Shown: positions 28,072 through 37,857 of the stretch, in pieces
Layout: each line of letters begins with the position of its first letter
Numbering within the stretch: position 1 is the stretch's first letter
Assembly (NCBI GenBank): GCA_964346755.1
Contig: CAYFWJ010000007.1
Span: forward strand, 1 to 49,157
Length of the DNA stretch: 49,157 bases
Reading direction: 5' to 3'
Origin: an uncultured Ectothiorhodospiraceae bacterium
GTDB taxonomy: Bacteria > Pseudomonadota > Gammaproteobacteria > CAYFWJ01
Position numbers and translations under genes: made by a program
The notes under the pieces: generated by a model
What the model was told of the DNA's origin: nothing
Database searches by the model: none
The model's input: the letters and a program-made list of their open reading frames with translations, nothing else

Positions 28072-28410
28072 CTAGGCGGCCCGCGAGGTCTTGCGCGTCG
28101 AACGTTGCCGGGATTTGCGCTTGGCGTGGGATCCCGCATCCACGCGCTCGCGCAACTCCTTACCGGGTTTGAAGTGGGGGACGTATTTCCCGTCGAGGGA
28201 GACCGGTTCCCCGGTGCGCGGGTTGCGACCCGTGCGTGGCGCCCGATAGTGGAGGGTGAAGCTCCCGAATCCTCGAACCTCAATGCGCTCGCCGTCGGCT
28301 AGGGCGCGGCTCATCTCTTCGAGGAGCATCTTCACGGCCGCTTCCACATCCCGATACGGAAGGTGATTCTGTTGGCGGGCGAGTGCTTCGATGAGCTCCG
28401 ATTTTGTCAT
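28072..28410 (-). CDS. ihfB: Integration host factor beta subunit
   Basis: [28 protein letters not shown] and [14 protein letters not shown] motifs. Confidence 0.96.
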   Translation of the reverse strand: MTKSELIEALARQQNHLPYRDVEAAVKMLLEEMSRALADGERIEVRGFGSFTLHYRAPRTGRNPRTGEPVSLDGKYVPHFKPGKELRERVDAGSHAKRKSRQRSTRKTSRAA

Positions 28411-28431
28411 CGAACGTTTACCCCATTTGGT

Positions 28432-28474
28432 CAAAACAAGCCCTTCCCTCCCTGGATAGGCGTTCCAGGGAGGG
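28432..28474 (-). terminator. Probable intrinsic terminator after rpsA
   Basis: 11-bp stem CCCTCCCTGGA/TCCAGGGAGGG (28446-28474), followed on the minus strand by AAGGGCTTGTTTTG. Confidence 0.6.
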
Positions 28475-28554
28475 TGAGGCCGAAGTGGATGGACGATGGT
28501 GGCTCGATAGGGACGGCAGTCCAGCCAGAGAACGGGACTCGGCGGTTCGAGTCG

Positions 28555-30234
28555 CTACTTCTCGGACCCGCCTTCCATCTGTTCTTTGAGCAGGTCGCCG
28601 AGGGTCGCCGTCGTGGGCGCCGTGGACCGGCCGTAGTCTTGCAGGGCCGTCGCTTCTTCCTCGCTCTCCTTGGCCTTGATGGAGAGATTGATCGTTCGGT
28701 TCTTGCGGTCGACCCCGATGAATTTCGCCTCCACTTCGTCGCCGACGGCGAGCATGGAACGGGCATCCTCAACCCGGTCCCGGGCGAGTTCCGAGGCCTT
28801 CAAGGTCCCTTCGACCCCCTCGCCAAGGTCGATCACAGCCCCTTTGGCATCCACGTCGGTGACGCGACCCGTCACGACCGTGCCCTTGGGATGTTCGGCG
28901 ACATAATTCGAGAAGGGATCTTTGTCGAGTTGCTTGATCCCGAGGGAGATGCGCTCGCGCTCCGGGTCCACGGCCAACACGACGGCCTCGACCTCGTCGC
29001 CTTTCTTGTAACGTCGCACGGCTTCCTCACCGGACTCGTTCCAGGAGATGTCGGAGAGGTGCACCAGGCCGTCGATACCACCGTCCAAGCCGACAAAGAT
29101 GCCGAAGTCGGTGATGGACTTGATGCGTCCCGAGACCCGATCGCCCTTGTTGTGCAAGGCGGCGAATTCTTCCCAGGGGTTGGGCACGCACTGTTTCATG
29201 CCGAGGGAGATGCGGCGACGCTCTTCGTCGATATCCAGGATCATGACCTCAACATCGTCCCCGATGGCGACCATCTTGCTCGGGTTCACGTTTTTGTTGG
29301 TCCAGTCCATCTCGGAGACGTGGACCAAACCTTCAACCCCTTCTTCGATCTCGACGAAGCAGCCGTACTCGGTGATGTTGGTCACCTTGCCCGGCACGCG
29401 GGCGCCCGAGGGGTAGCGCTGGCTGAGCCGCTCCCATGGATCCTCGCCGAGCTGTTTAAGTCCTAAGGAGACGCGGTTGCGCTCGCGATCGAATTTGAGC
29501 ACCTTGACCTCGATCTCCTCGCCGACATTGACCACCTCGGAGGGGTGTTTGACCCGGCGCCACGCCATATCGGTAATGTGCAAGAGGCCGTCGATCCCAC
29601 CGAGATCCAGGAAGGCCCCGTAATCGGTGAGATTCTTGACGATTCCCTTGAGCACCTGACCCTCTTGGAGGTTCTGGAGCAAGGCCTCGCGCTCGGCGCT
29701 GTATTCCGCCTCGACCACCGCACGCCGGGAGACGACCACGTTGTTGCGCCGGCGATCGAGCTTGATGACCTTGAATTCGAGGGGTTTGCCTTCCAGGTAG
29801 GTGGTGTCGCGCACCGGGCGGACATCCACGAGGCTGCCGGGTAGGAAAGCGCGGATATCGTTGATATCCACCGTGAATCCCCCTTTCACCTTGCCGGTGA
29901 TGATCCCGGTGATGTTGTCACCGTTCTCGAAGGCCTGCTCGAGCCCTGCCCAGGCTCGGGCGCGTTTGGCCTTCTCCCGGGAGAGGCGGGTCTCGCCGAA
30001 ACCGTCCTCAACCGCGTCCAGGGCGACTTCCACCTCGTCGCCGACATTGACGTCGATGATGCCCTCGTCGTTGCGGAACTGCTCGATGGGGATCTCCGCT
30101 TCCGATTTGAGGCCCGTGTCAACCAAGACGCTATCCGGGCGGACCTCGATGACCCGCGCGAATAGGATGGCCCCGGGGCGCATCTGAGTATTGGCGACAC
30201 TTTGCTCGAACAGCTCTGCAAAACTCTCACTCAT
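28555..30234 (-). CDS. rpsA: 30S ribosomal protein S1
   Basis: [10 protein letters not shown] start, repeated S1 domains, AFLPGSLVD and LLHITDM motifs. Confidence 0.98.
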   Translation of the reverse strand: MSESFAELFEQSVANTQMRPGAILFARVIEVRPDSVLVDTGLKSEAEIPIEQFRNDEGIIDVNVGDEVEVALDAVEDGFGETRLSREKAKRARAWAGLEQAFENGDNITGIITGKVKGGFTVDINDIRAFLPGSLVDVRPVRDTTYLEGKPLEFKVIKLDRRRNNVVVSRRAVVEAEYSAEREALLQNLQEGQVLKGIVKNLTDYGAFLDLGGIDGLLHITDMAWRRVKHPSEVVNVGEEIEVKVLKFDRERNRVSLGLKQLGEDPWERLSQRYPSGARVPGKVTNITEYGCFVEIEEGVEGLVHVSEMDWTNKNVNPSKMVAIGDDVEVMILDIDEERRRISLGMKQCVPNPWEEFAALHNKGDRVSGRIKSITDFGIFVGLDGGIDGLVHLSDISWNESGEEAVRRYKKGDEVEAVVLAVDPERERISLGIKQLDKDPFSNYVAEHPKGTVVTGRVTDVDAKGAVIDLGEGVEGTLKASELARDRVEDARSMLAVGDEVEAKFIGVDRKNRTINLSIKAKESEEEATALQDYGRSTAPTTATLGDLLKEQMEGGSEK

Positions 30235-30302
30235 AGGATTCGTTCAACCCAACTACCTGGTCGTGCACGAAGACGCACCCCGCGCTGCTGTGGAAGATTT
30301 CA

Positions 30303-31025
30303 TCATTCCGGCGTTGGATCGCCGGAATGACCCCGCATCAAGGATCGCTGTGTGACCTGCCATACCGCGTCGAAGACGGCGTCACTGTCCATCGCCGTGG
30401 TATCCAAGATCCAAGCATCCTCGGCTGGCTTCAGTGGCGCCACCGCACGCTCGGTATCTTGACGGTCCCGATCCCGAATATCGTGTAATAGATCCGCAAG
30501 GTTAGCATCGATTCCTTTCTCTCTCAACTGCTTATGACGTCGGTTTGCCCGTTCCTCGGGGGTTGCCGTGAGATACACCTTAAGGGGTGCCTCGGGGAAC
30601 ACCACCGTTCCCATGTCGCGACCGTCCGCCACTAGCCCCGGCGCCTCACGAAAACGGCGCTGCATCCCCAATAGGGCGGTCCGTACGCCGGTGTGGACCG
30701 CCACCTGGGCGGCGCCCCGCCCGCAGGTCTGGGTGCGGATCGCGTCGCTGACATCCCGGTCACCGAGCCACACCCGGGTACCCCCGGGATGGGCCTGAAA
30801 ACGCACCGGCAAGTTGGCGATGCGTTCAACCAAGGTCGCTTCGTCGTCGAGCGGCGTCCCTTCCTGGAGGGCGTCGAGGGCGAGGAGTCGGTACAGCGCC
30901 CCGCTGTCCAGGAGATGCCAGCCCAACGCGGCCGCCAGCCGCTCCGCTAGGGTTCCCTTGCCGGAGCCCGCGGGACCATCGATGGTGACGACGGCCGGCA
31001 TGGGTGCTTCGGATGCCGGGTTCAT
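30303..31025 (-). CDS. cmk: Cytidylate kinase
   Basis: IDGPAGSGKGT, LDSGALYR and ADGRDMGTVVFP motifs. Confidence 0.96.
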   Translation of the reverse strand: MNPASEAPMPAVVTIDGPAGSGKGTLAERLAAALGWHLLDSGALYRLLALDALQEGTPLDDEATLVERIANLPVRFQAHPGGTRVWLGDRDVSDAIRTQTCGRGAAQVAVHTGVRTALLGMQRRFREAPGLVADGRDMGTVVFPEAPLKVYLTATPEERANRRHKQLREKGIDANLADLLHDIRDRDRQDTERAVAPLKPAEDAWILDTTAMDSDAVFDAVWQVTQRSLMRGHSGDPTPE

Positions 31026-32335
31026 GAGTCGAGCACCTCGAGTCCGAGACCCGCGCGGGCCGCGAGACCCGGGAAATCCGGGAATGACGTGGCGACGTTG
31101 GCACAATCCGGGATGCGGATCGGGCCTGAAGCCGCCAACCCCGCCATGGCGAAGGCCATGGCGACCCGGTGATCGTCACCGCTGGCTACGGTGCCGGATC
31201 CGAGTTGTCCCCCGTGGATCACGATTCCGTCCGGTGTCGGTTCGGCGGCGATGCCCAGCGAATGCAGGCCATCGGCCATCACCGCGATGCGGTCGCTTTC
31301 CTTCACGCGCAACTCCGCCGCCCCGGTGAGACGGGTCACGCCGTCGGCTCGAGCGGCGGCGATGAACAGGGCCGGGAACTCGTCGATCGCCCGGGGGACG
31401 AGCTCCGGGGGGATGTCGATGCCGTGGAGCGGGGCGCTGCGCACTCGGATATCGGCGACCGGCTCGCCCCCAACGATGCGTTGGTTGCGGTAGTCCAGAT
31501 CCGCACCCATGCGCTCCAGGATGGCCAAGACCCCGGTGCGCGTCGGGTTGAGGCCGATGTGTTCGAGCACCAGGTCCGATCCCGGGGCGATGGAGGCGCC
31601 GACCAGGAAGAAAGCGGCCGAGGAGATATCGGCCGGGATCTCGATCGGGGTTGCCTGCAATGCCGGGAATCCGGTGACGCAGATACCGGCGCCGGTACGC
31701 GTTACCGTGGCGCCCAAGGCCTCCAGCATGCGTTCGGTGTGGTCGCGGCTCGGGGCCGGTTCGCGGACGCAGGTTCGACCCTCGGCATAGAGTCCGGCGA
31801 GCAAGACGCAGGACTTCACCTGGGCGCTTGCGATCGGGGAGACATAATCGATGGGGGTCAAGGGGCCCTCGCTTGCCCGCAGGGTCAAAGGCGCCGTCCC
31901 CGTCGGGCTCGCTTCGATCCGGGCACCCATCTGCTGGAGCGGTTCGACGACGCGGTCCATCGGTCGCCGGCGCAGGGAGGCGTCGCCGGTGAGGATTGTA
32001 TCAAAGGCCTGGCCGGCCAGCAGGCCACTGAACAGCCGGATGGAGGTCCCGGCATTGCCGAGGTCGACGGGGCCATCCGCCGGCTTGAGACCGCGTAGAC
32101 CGACGCCGTCGATGATCACCCGACCGGCGGTCGGGCCGTCGATCGAGACCCCCAGACGGCGCAAGGCCGCGAGGGTATTGAGGCTGTCCTCCCCTTCGAG
32201 GAACCCGTCGACCCGGGTTCGGCCGCGGGCGAGGCTGCCCAGCATCAGGGCCCGGTGGGATATGGATTTGTCCCCCGGGGGGCGGAGCGTCCCGGTGAGG
32301 GCACCGCCGGGGTGGACGAGATAGTCACAGCTCAC
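31022..32335 (-). CDS. aroA: EPSP synthase (class II)
   Basis: PGDKSISHR, SAQVKS, RDHTE, RVKESDR and DHR motifs. Confidence 0.97.
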   Translation of the reverse strand: MSCDYLVHPGGALTGTLRPPGDKSISHRALMLGSLARGRTRVDGFLEGEDSLNTLAALRRLGVSIDGPTAGRVIIDGVGLRGLKPADGPVDLGNAGTSIRLFSGLLAGQAFDTILTGDASLRRRPMDRVVEPLQQMGARIEASPTGTAPLTLRASEGPLTPIDYVSPIASAQVKSCVLLAGLYAEGRTCVREPAPSRDHTERMLEALGATVTRTGAGICVTGFPALQATPIEIPADISSAAFFLVGASIAPGSDLVLEHIGLNPTRTGVLAILERMGADLDYRNQRIVGGEPVADIRVRSAPLHGIDIPPELVPRAIDEFPALFIAAARADGVTRLTGAAELRVKESDRIAVMADGLHSLGIAAEPTPDGIVIHGGQLGSGTVASGDDHRVAMAFAMAGLAASGPIRIPDCANVATSFPDFPGLAARAGLGLEVLDS

Positions 32336-32347
32336 GATGGTATCGAT

Positions 32348-33214
32348 TCAGGGGGCGTTGAAGGTAAGGGCGTCGCGGGCCTGTTTGGCCCGGCGGAACA
32401 GGCGTTCGAGCTGATCCCCGTCGCCCTGCTCAATGGCCGTGCGGATTGCGTCGAGATCGGCGCGATAGCGGCTCAAGCTCTCGAGTAAGGCGTGGCGGTT
32501 ATTCAGGCAGATACCCCGCCACATCACCGGGTCGCTGGCGGCGATGCGGGTGAAATCCCGGAATCCCCCAGCGGCGTAGCGAAAGATGGTGTTCGGATCA
32601 TCGCTTTGGGCTAGGCTGTCCACGAGTCCGAAGGCCAACATGTGGGGGAGGTGGCTGGTGGCGGCCAGTACCGCATCGTGGTGCTCGACATCCGTGACCT
32701 CCACCTGGGCGCCGGTGGCCTCCCACAAGTTGGTGATGCGCGTGATCGCCCACGCTTCGGTCTCGGTGACCGGCGTGAGGACTACCCGGCGACCGGCGAA
32801 CAGGCTGGGGAAGGCCGCGGCCACCCCGCTTTGTTCCGTTCCCGCGATGGGGTGCCCGGGGACGAAGCGGGGGAAGGCGTTGCCCAGGTTGGCCCGGGCG
32901 TCGGCGACGACGCAGGCCTTGGCGCTGCCCGCATCGGTGATCACGGCATCGGGTCTCAAGCCGGGGGCGAGGGCGGCCATGACGGGGCCCATCGCCCCCA
33001 GGGGGACGGCGATCAGGACCACGTCGGCCTCGGCCACGGCCTGCGCTGGATCCGTCGAATAGGTATCGATGACACCCAGCCTCTGGGCCTCCTCCAAGTG
33101 CGCCGGTTGGCGCCCGCAACCGATCACCCGGGAACCGATCCCGGCCTCCCGCAGTGCAAGGGCCACGGAGCCGCCGATGAGGCCGACGCCGATGATCGCC
33201 AGGTGTTCGATCAC
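32348..33214 (-). CDS. tyrA: Prephenate/arogenate dehydrogenase
   Basis: GVGLIGGS, TDAGS.K, GHPIAG.E, SHLPH and GGFRDFTRIA motifs. GTG overlaps the hisC TGA. Confidence 0.93.
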   Translation of the reverse strand: MIEHLAIIGVGLIGGSVALALREAGIGSRVIGCGRQPAHLEEAQRLGVIDTYSTDPAQAVAEADVVLIAVPLGAMGPVMAALAPGLRPDAVITDAGSAKACVVADARANLGNAFPRFVPGHPIAGTEQSGVAAAFPSLFAGRRVVLTPVTETEAWAITRITNLWEATGAQVEVTDVEHHDAVLAATSHLPHMLAFGLVDSLAQSDDPNTIFRYAAGGFRDFTRIAASDPVMWRGICLNNRHALLESLSRYRADLDAIRTAIEQGDGDQLERLFRRAKQARDALTFNAP

Positions 33215-34395
33215 GGACGGGCGTCCACTGGGGCTGGGGCCGTTGCCTCGAGGACCGCCGGTAAGGCCTCGAGGCAACGGGTATTTTCCACCGGGCGGCC
33301 GACGCTGATGCGCAGGTGTCCGGGGAGCCCGTAGCCCGCCAGGGGGCGGGTGATCACCCCGGCCTGCAATAATCCCTGGAATACATCGGACCCGTTGCGG
33401 CCGCCGAGGCCGACGGTGACGAAGTTGCCGGCGCTCGGCAGGGGATCGAGGCCGAGGGTGCGTAGCTGGTCGGTGAGCCGGGCCCGTTCGGTGCGGTTTT
33501 CCGCGACGCTGCGCGCGATGTGGTCGGTATCATCGAGGGCCGCGAGCCCGGCGGCCTGGGCGGGGCCATTGACATTAAAGGGTTGTCGCAGCCGGTTGAG
33601 GAGCTCGCTCACCGCGGGATGGCTCAGGGCGTAACCCAAGCGCAGGCTCGATAAACCGAAGACCTTGGAGAAGGATCGGGTGACGATGAGGTTGGGGAAA
33701 CGCTCGAGCCAGGGCGTAACGCTGGCGTAGTCCGGCGGATCGGCATACTCCACGTAGGCCTCGTCGACCACCACCAGGGTGGTCGGGGGGACGCGTTCGA
33801 TGAAGGTCTCCAGGGCCGAGGCGCCGACCCAGGTGCCGGTGGGGTTGTTCGGGTTGGCGATGAACACCATCCGAACCGACGGATCCAGCGCGGCGGCGAA
33901 TCCCGCCAGGTCGTGGCCGTACGGGGCGTTCGGATGATCCGCGGGGAGCGCCGGGATCACCCGGGCCTCAGCCCCGACTGCCTGGGTGACCAATCGGTAG
34001 ACCACGAAGGCATGATCGGAATACACCGCGGCGCGATCGGGGCCGAGGAAGGCTCGTCCGAGGAGTTCGAGGATATCGTTGGAGCCGTTGCCGAGGGTGA
34101 TGGCCTCGGGCGTGACGCCGTGCCGCTCGGCCAAGCGGGCCCGTAGCTCCGGGGCGCTACCTTCGGGATACCGATGCATTTCCCCAACGGCTTCGGCCGC
34201 AGCGCGTTGGGCTGCCGGGCTGGCCCCGAGCGGATTCTCGTTGGAGGCCAGTTTGATGGCATCGCGAATCCCGTACTCCCGCTCGAGGGCGGCCAGCGGT
34301 TTGCCGGGTTCGTAGGGGGTCAGGCCGCGCACACTGGGTACGGCGAGCTCGGTGACATCCAGGTCGGGTCCGCTCGGGCGGGGTGCTTGGTTCAT
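33211..34395 (-). CDS. hisC: Histidinol-phosphate aminotransferase
   Basis: PYEPGKP, KLASNENP, ANPNNPTG, DEAY and RSFSK motifs. Confidence 0.95.
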   Translation of the reverse strand: MNQAPRPSGPDLDVTELAVPSVRGLTPYEPGKPLAALEREYGIRDAIKLASNENPLGASPAAQRAAAEAVGEMHRYPEGSAPELRARLAERHGVTPEAITLGNGSNDILELLGRAFLGPDRAAVYSDHAFVVYRLVTQAVGAEARVIPALPADHPNAPYGHDLAGFAAALDPSVRMVFIANPNNPTGTWVGASALETFIERVPPTTLVVVDEAYVEYADPPDYASVTPWLERFPNLIVTRSFSKVFGLSSLRLGYALSHPAVSELLNRLRQPFNVNGPAQAAGLAALDDTDHIARSVAENRTERARLTDQLRTLGLDPLPSAGNFVTVGLGGRNGSDVFQGLLQAGVITRPLAGYGLPGHLRISVGRPVENTRCLEALPAVLEATAPAPVDARP

Positions 34396-35474
34396 GAGAC
34401 CGCCTTCGGGTAGGAGCCTAGCACACGACAGAGGGCGGCGGTCTCCTCGAGCTCGGCGAGGGCCCCGGCCACCGGGCTGTCGTCGCTATGCCCTTCGATG
34501 TCCACAAAAAAGACGTAGTCCCAGAGCCCCTGCCGGGAGGGGCGGGATTCGATACGTGTCATGGAGAGCCCTTGTTTTGCCAACGGGGTGAGCAAGCGAT
34601 GCAAAGTACCCGGTCGATTCAGTGCCGAGAGCAGCAGGGAGGTCTTATCGGATCCACTGGGTGGGACCGGGTCGGGGCCGATCACCAAAAAGCGAGTCGT
34701 GTTGTCCGGTTCATCCTCGATGCGTGGCGCGAGGATTGCCAAGCCATGGAGCTCCGCCGCGGCATCGCTGCAGATGGCCGCCGCGTCCGGGTGCCCGGCT
34801 GCCTGGGCCGCGGCTTGGGCATTGCTCGGGCTCGGGTGGCGTGGGACCCGTGGCAGATGGACGTCAAGCCACCCCCGGGCCTGGGCGAGGGCCTGCTGGT
34901 GTCCGTAAATCCGCGTGACCTCTCCGAGATCGGTGGCCCGGCTGGCTAGCTGCAACTGAACGCGGAGCGCGACCTCGCCGGTTACCCGCAGGGGCGAGCG
35001 CAGAAACATGTCCAGGGTATGGGTGACCATCCCCTCGGTGGAGTTCTCAACGGGGACCACCCCGCAGTCGGCCTCACCCCCCTCGACCGCTCGGAATACG
35101 GCGTCGATGGTTGTCGAGGGCTGCATCCCGACGGCATGCCCGAAATGCTTCAGGGTCGCTGCCTGGGTGAAGGTTCCCTCAGGCCCGAGATAGGCCACCT
35201 GGAGCGGTTGTTCCAGGGCCAGACAGGCGGACATGAGCTCACGGAAGATCCGGCCGACGGCCTCATCCGGCAGAGGACCCTCATTACGGGTCTGCACCCG
35301 CCGTAAGATCTGGGCCTCGCGTTCCGGTCGGTAAAAGCCGCGACCGGGGCCCGGAGCCTCCTCCTTGAGGGCGGCGACCGCTTGGGCGAGCCGGGCACGC
35401 TCGTTCATGAGCCGTTGCAGCTCGGTGTCGACGTCGTCGATCTCCCGGCGGATGGCCTCGAGTCGTTCCCCCAC
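34392..35474 (-). CDS. pheA: Chorismate mutase / prephenate dehydratase
   Basis: YRPEREAQ, YLGPEGT, PVENSTEG, NTTRF and IESRP motifs. Confidence 0.96.
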   Translation of the reverse strand: MGERLEAIRREIDDVDTELQRLMNERARLAQAVAALKEEAPGPGRGFYRPEREAQILRRVQTRNEGPLPDEAVGRIFRELMSACLALEQPLQVAYLGPEGTFTQAATLKHFGHAVGMQPSTTIDAVFRAVEGGEADCGVVPVENSTEGMVTHTLDMFLRSPLRVTGEVALRVQLQLASRATDLGEVTRIYGHQQALAQARGWLDVHLPRVPRHPSPSNAQAAAQAAGHPDAAAICSDAAAELHGLAILAPRIEDEPDNTTRFLVIGPDPVPPSGSDKTSLLLSALNRPGTLHRLLTPLAKQGLSMTRIESRPSRQGLWDYVFFVDIEGHSDDSPVAGALAELEETAALCRVLGSYPKAVS

Positions 35475-35541
35475 GGATCGCTCCCCTGGGCTCAGCGGTG
35501 GCGGTTGAGGCGCCCCATGAAGGGAGGCTCGGCCGCCGTCA

Positions 35542-36705
35542 TCAGAGACGGCGGACCCGAATCACGCCTTCGGTGTTGCGGATCATCTCGAGGGTGGCGT
35601 CGCTTACGTCTCCCTCCACATCGATCAAGGTGCACGCGATGCGGTCTTGGGATTCGTTGTTCATGTGTAAGATGTTGACGCCGGCCTCCCCGAGGTCGTG
35701 TGAGATCTGGCCCAGCATGTTGGGGCGGTTGGCGTTGACCACAGCTAAACGGACGTCACCCTTGCGGGGCAGGACGATCTCAGGGAAGTTGACCGAGTGG
35801 GTTACCGTTCCCTGTTCCAAGTACTCCCGGACCTGGTCGGCGACCATCACCGCGCAGTTCTCTTCCGCCTCCTGAGTCGATGCCCCAAGATGCGGAAGCG
35901 TAATCACACCGGGATGATTCTTCAAGAGGTTAGTGGGGAAGTCGCAGATGTAATTGCGCAGCTTCCCGGCCTCAACGGCCCCGGCGACGGCATCGTCGTC
36001 GACGATCCCACTGCGGGAGAAGTTCAACAGGATGGTCCCGTCGCGCATGGCATGGAGCCGTTCGCCGTTGATGAGATGCCGGGTGTTGTCGCTCAGCGGC
36101 ACGTGGAGGGTGAGGAAATCCACCATCGGGAGCAGCTCGTCCAGGCTTTGCGCCTGTCGGACGTCCGCCGAGAGTTGCCAGGCCCGATCGACGGTGATGC
36201 CCGGGTCATAACCGATGACGTGCATCCCGAGGGTGCGGGCCGCGTTGGCAACCTTGACGCCGATCGCCCCGAGGCCGATCACACCCAATGTGCGCCCAGG
36301 TAGCTCAAAGCCGGCGAATTGCTTCTTGCCGGATTCCACGGCCTGGTGGACCGCCGGGTCGTCACCCGTGAGGTTGCGGGCGTAGTCCCACGCCTGACAG
36401 AGGTTGCGGGCCCCGAGCAGCATACCGGCCAGGACCAGTTCCTTGACGGCGTTGGCGTTGGCGCCGGGGGCGTTGAAGACCGGGATGCCGCGGGCCGTCA
36501 GTTGGTCGACGGGGATATTGTTGACCCCGGTCCCGGCGCGGCCGACCGCGACGAGATCCGAGGGCAGTTCCATGTCGTGCATCTTATAGGACCGGACCAG
36601 GATGGCATCCGGGTTCTCCGCTTCGGCATCAATGCGGTAGTGCGTCTCTGGGAGACGCGCAAGGCCCTTGGGGGCGATATTGTTCAATGGGCGAATCGTA
36701 TACAT
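35542..36705 (-). CDS. serA: D-3-phosphoglycerate dehydrogenase
   Basis: RAGTGVNNIP, NANAVKEL, GLGAIG and PHLGAST.EAE motifs, plus an ACT domain. Confidence 0.93.
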   Translation of the reverse strand: MYTIRPLNNIAPKGLARLPETHYRIDAEAENPDAILVRSYKMHDMELPSDLVAVGRAGTGVNNIPVDQLTARGIPVFNAPGANANAVKELVLAGMLLGARNLCQAWDYARNLTGDDPAVHQAVESGKKQFAGFELPGRTLGVIGLGAIGVKVANAARTLGMHVIGYDPGITVDRAWQLSADVRQAQSLDELLPMVDFLTLHVPLSDNTRHLINGERLHAMRDGTILLNFSRSGIVDDDAVAGAVEAGKLRNYICDFPTNLLKNHPGVITLPHLGASTQEAEENCAVMVADQVREYLEQGTVTHSVNFPEIVLPRKGDVRLAVVNANRPNMLGQISHDLGEAGVNILHMNNESQDRIACTLIDVEGDVSDATLEMIRNTEGVIRVRRL

Positions 36706-36761
36706 AAAGTCGAATCCTCGATAAGACAGTCCTTGAACAGCGAATGGGCCGCCCGGGATGA

Positions 36762-37844
36762 TTAGCCGTGGCGGCTGACGAAGTCCTTCATGAAGGCGAT
36801 CAGGGCGTCGACTCCGGCCTCGGGCATGGCGTTATAGAGGCTAGCGCGCATGCCGCCGACCGAACGGTGGCCTTTGAGGGTGCTCAGTCCTTGCGCTTCG
36901 GCTTCCTTTAAGAAGGGGTCGTTCAATCCATCATCGGCCAAGGTGAACGGTACGTTCATCCACGATCGCGCGCTCGGCTCCACGGGGTTCGCGTAGAAGT
37001 CGTTCTCGTCGATGAACCGATACAGCTTGTCGGCCTTGCGTTGGTTGCGTTCGGCCATGGCCTCAAGCCCGCCCTGTTCCTTGAGCCATTGGAAGACGAG
37101 ACCGGCGACGTACCAGGCGTATGTGGCCGGGGTGTTGGCCATCGAGTCGGCCTTGGCCTGAACCGCATAATCGAGGATGCTCGGGGTGGTCGCTCGGGCG
37201 TGGCCGATCAGGTCATCCCGCACGAGGACCACCGTGATCCCGGCCGGTCCGATGTTCTTTTGGGCGCCGGCGTAGATGACGCCGTAGCGGGAGACATCCA
37301 AGGGACGGGAGAGCAAGGTAGACGACATGTCCGCGACCAGCGGGACCGTCCCGGTATCGGGGATCCAGTGGAACTCGACGCCGCCGATGGTCTCGTTCGG
37401 GGTGTAATGCACGTAGGCGGCATTGGGGTCCAGCTGCCAGTCCGTAAACGCCGGCACATGCCGGAAGCCATCCCCCTCGGCGGTGGCCGCGATGTTGACG
37501 TTGCAGTAGTGTTTGGCCTCGGCGATGGCCTTCTTCGACCATTGCCCGGTATTGACGTAATCCACGGACGCCCCGGGCGCCGTGAGGTTCTGGGGCACCA
37601 TGGCGAATTGGCCGGTGGCGCCGCCCTGCAGGAACAGGATGCGGTAGTTGTCCGGCACGTCGAGCAGCTCGCGTAGGTCCTGCGTCGCTTGCTCGGCGAT
37701 GTGTACGAAGGATTTGCCGCGGTGGCTCATCTCCATGACCGATAGGCCTTGGCCGTGCCAGTCGAGGATCTCCTCCCGAGCCCGCTCGAGGACCTCGAGG
37801 GGCAGGACGGCGGGTCCAGCGCTGAAGTTATACACGCGTGTCAT
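36762..37844 (-). CDS. serC: Phosphoserine aminotransferase
   Basis: NFSAGPA, EMSHR, ADMSS, AGAQKN and GHRSVGG motifs. Confidence 0.97.
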   Translation of the reverse strand: MTRVYNFSAGPAVLPLEVLERAREEILDWHGQGLSVMEMSHRGKSFVHIAEQATQDLRELLDVPDNYRILFLQGGATGQFAMVPQNLTAPGASVDYVNTGQWSKKAIAEAKHYCNVNIAATAEGDGFRHVPAFTDWQLDPNAAYVHYTPNETIGGVEFHWIPDTGTVPLVADMSSTLLSRPLDVSRYGVIYAGAQKNIGPAGITVVLVRDDLIGHARATTPSILDYAVQAKADSMANTPATYAWYVAGLVFQWLKEQGGLEAMAERNQRKADKLYRFIDENDFYANPVEPSARSWMNVPFTLADDGLNDPFLKEAEAQGLSTLKGHRSVGGMRASLYNAMPEAGVDALIAFMKDFVSRHG

Positions 37845-37857
37845 AGGGTCTCCCCGG

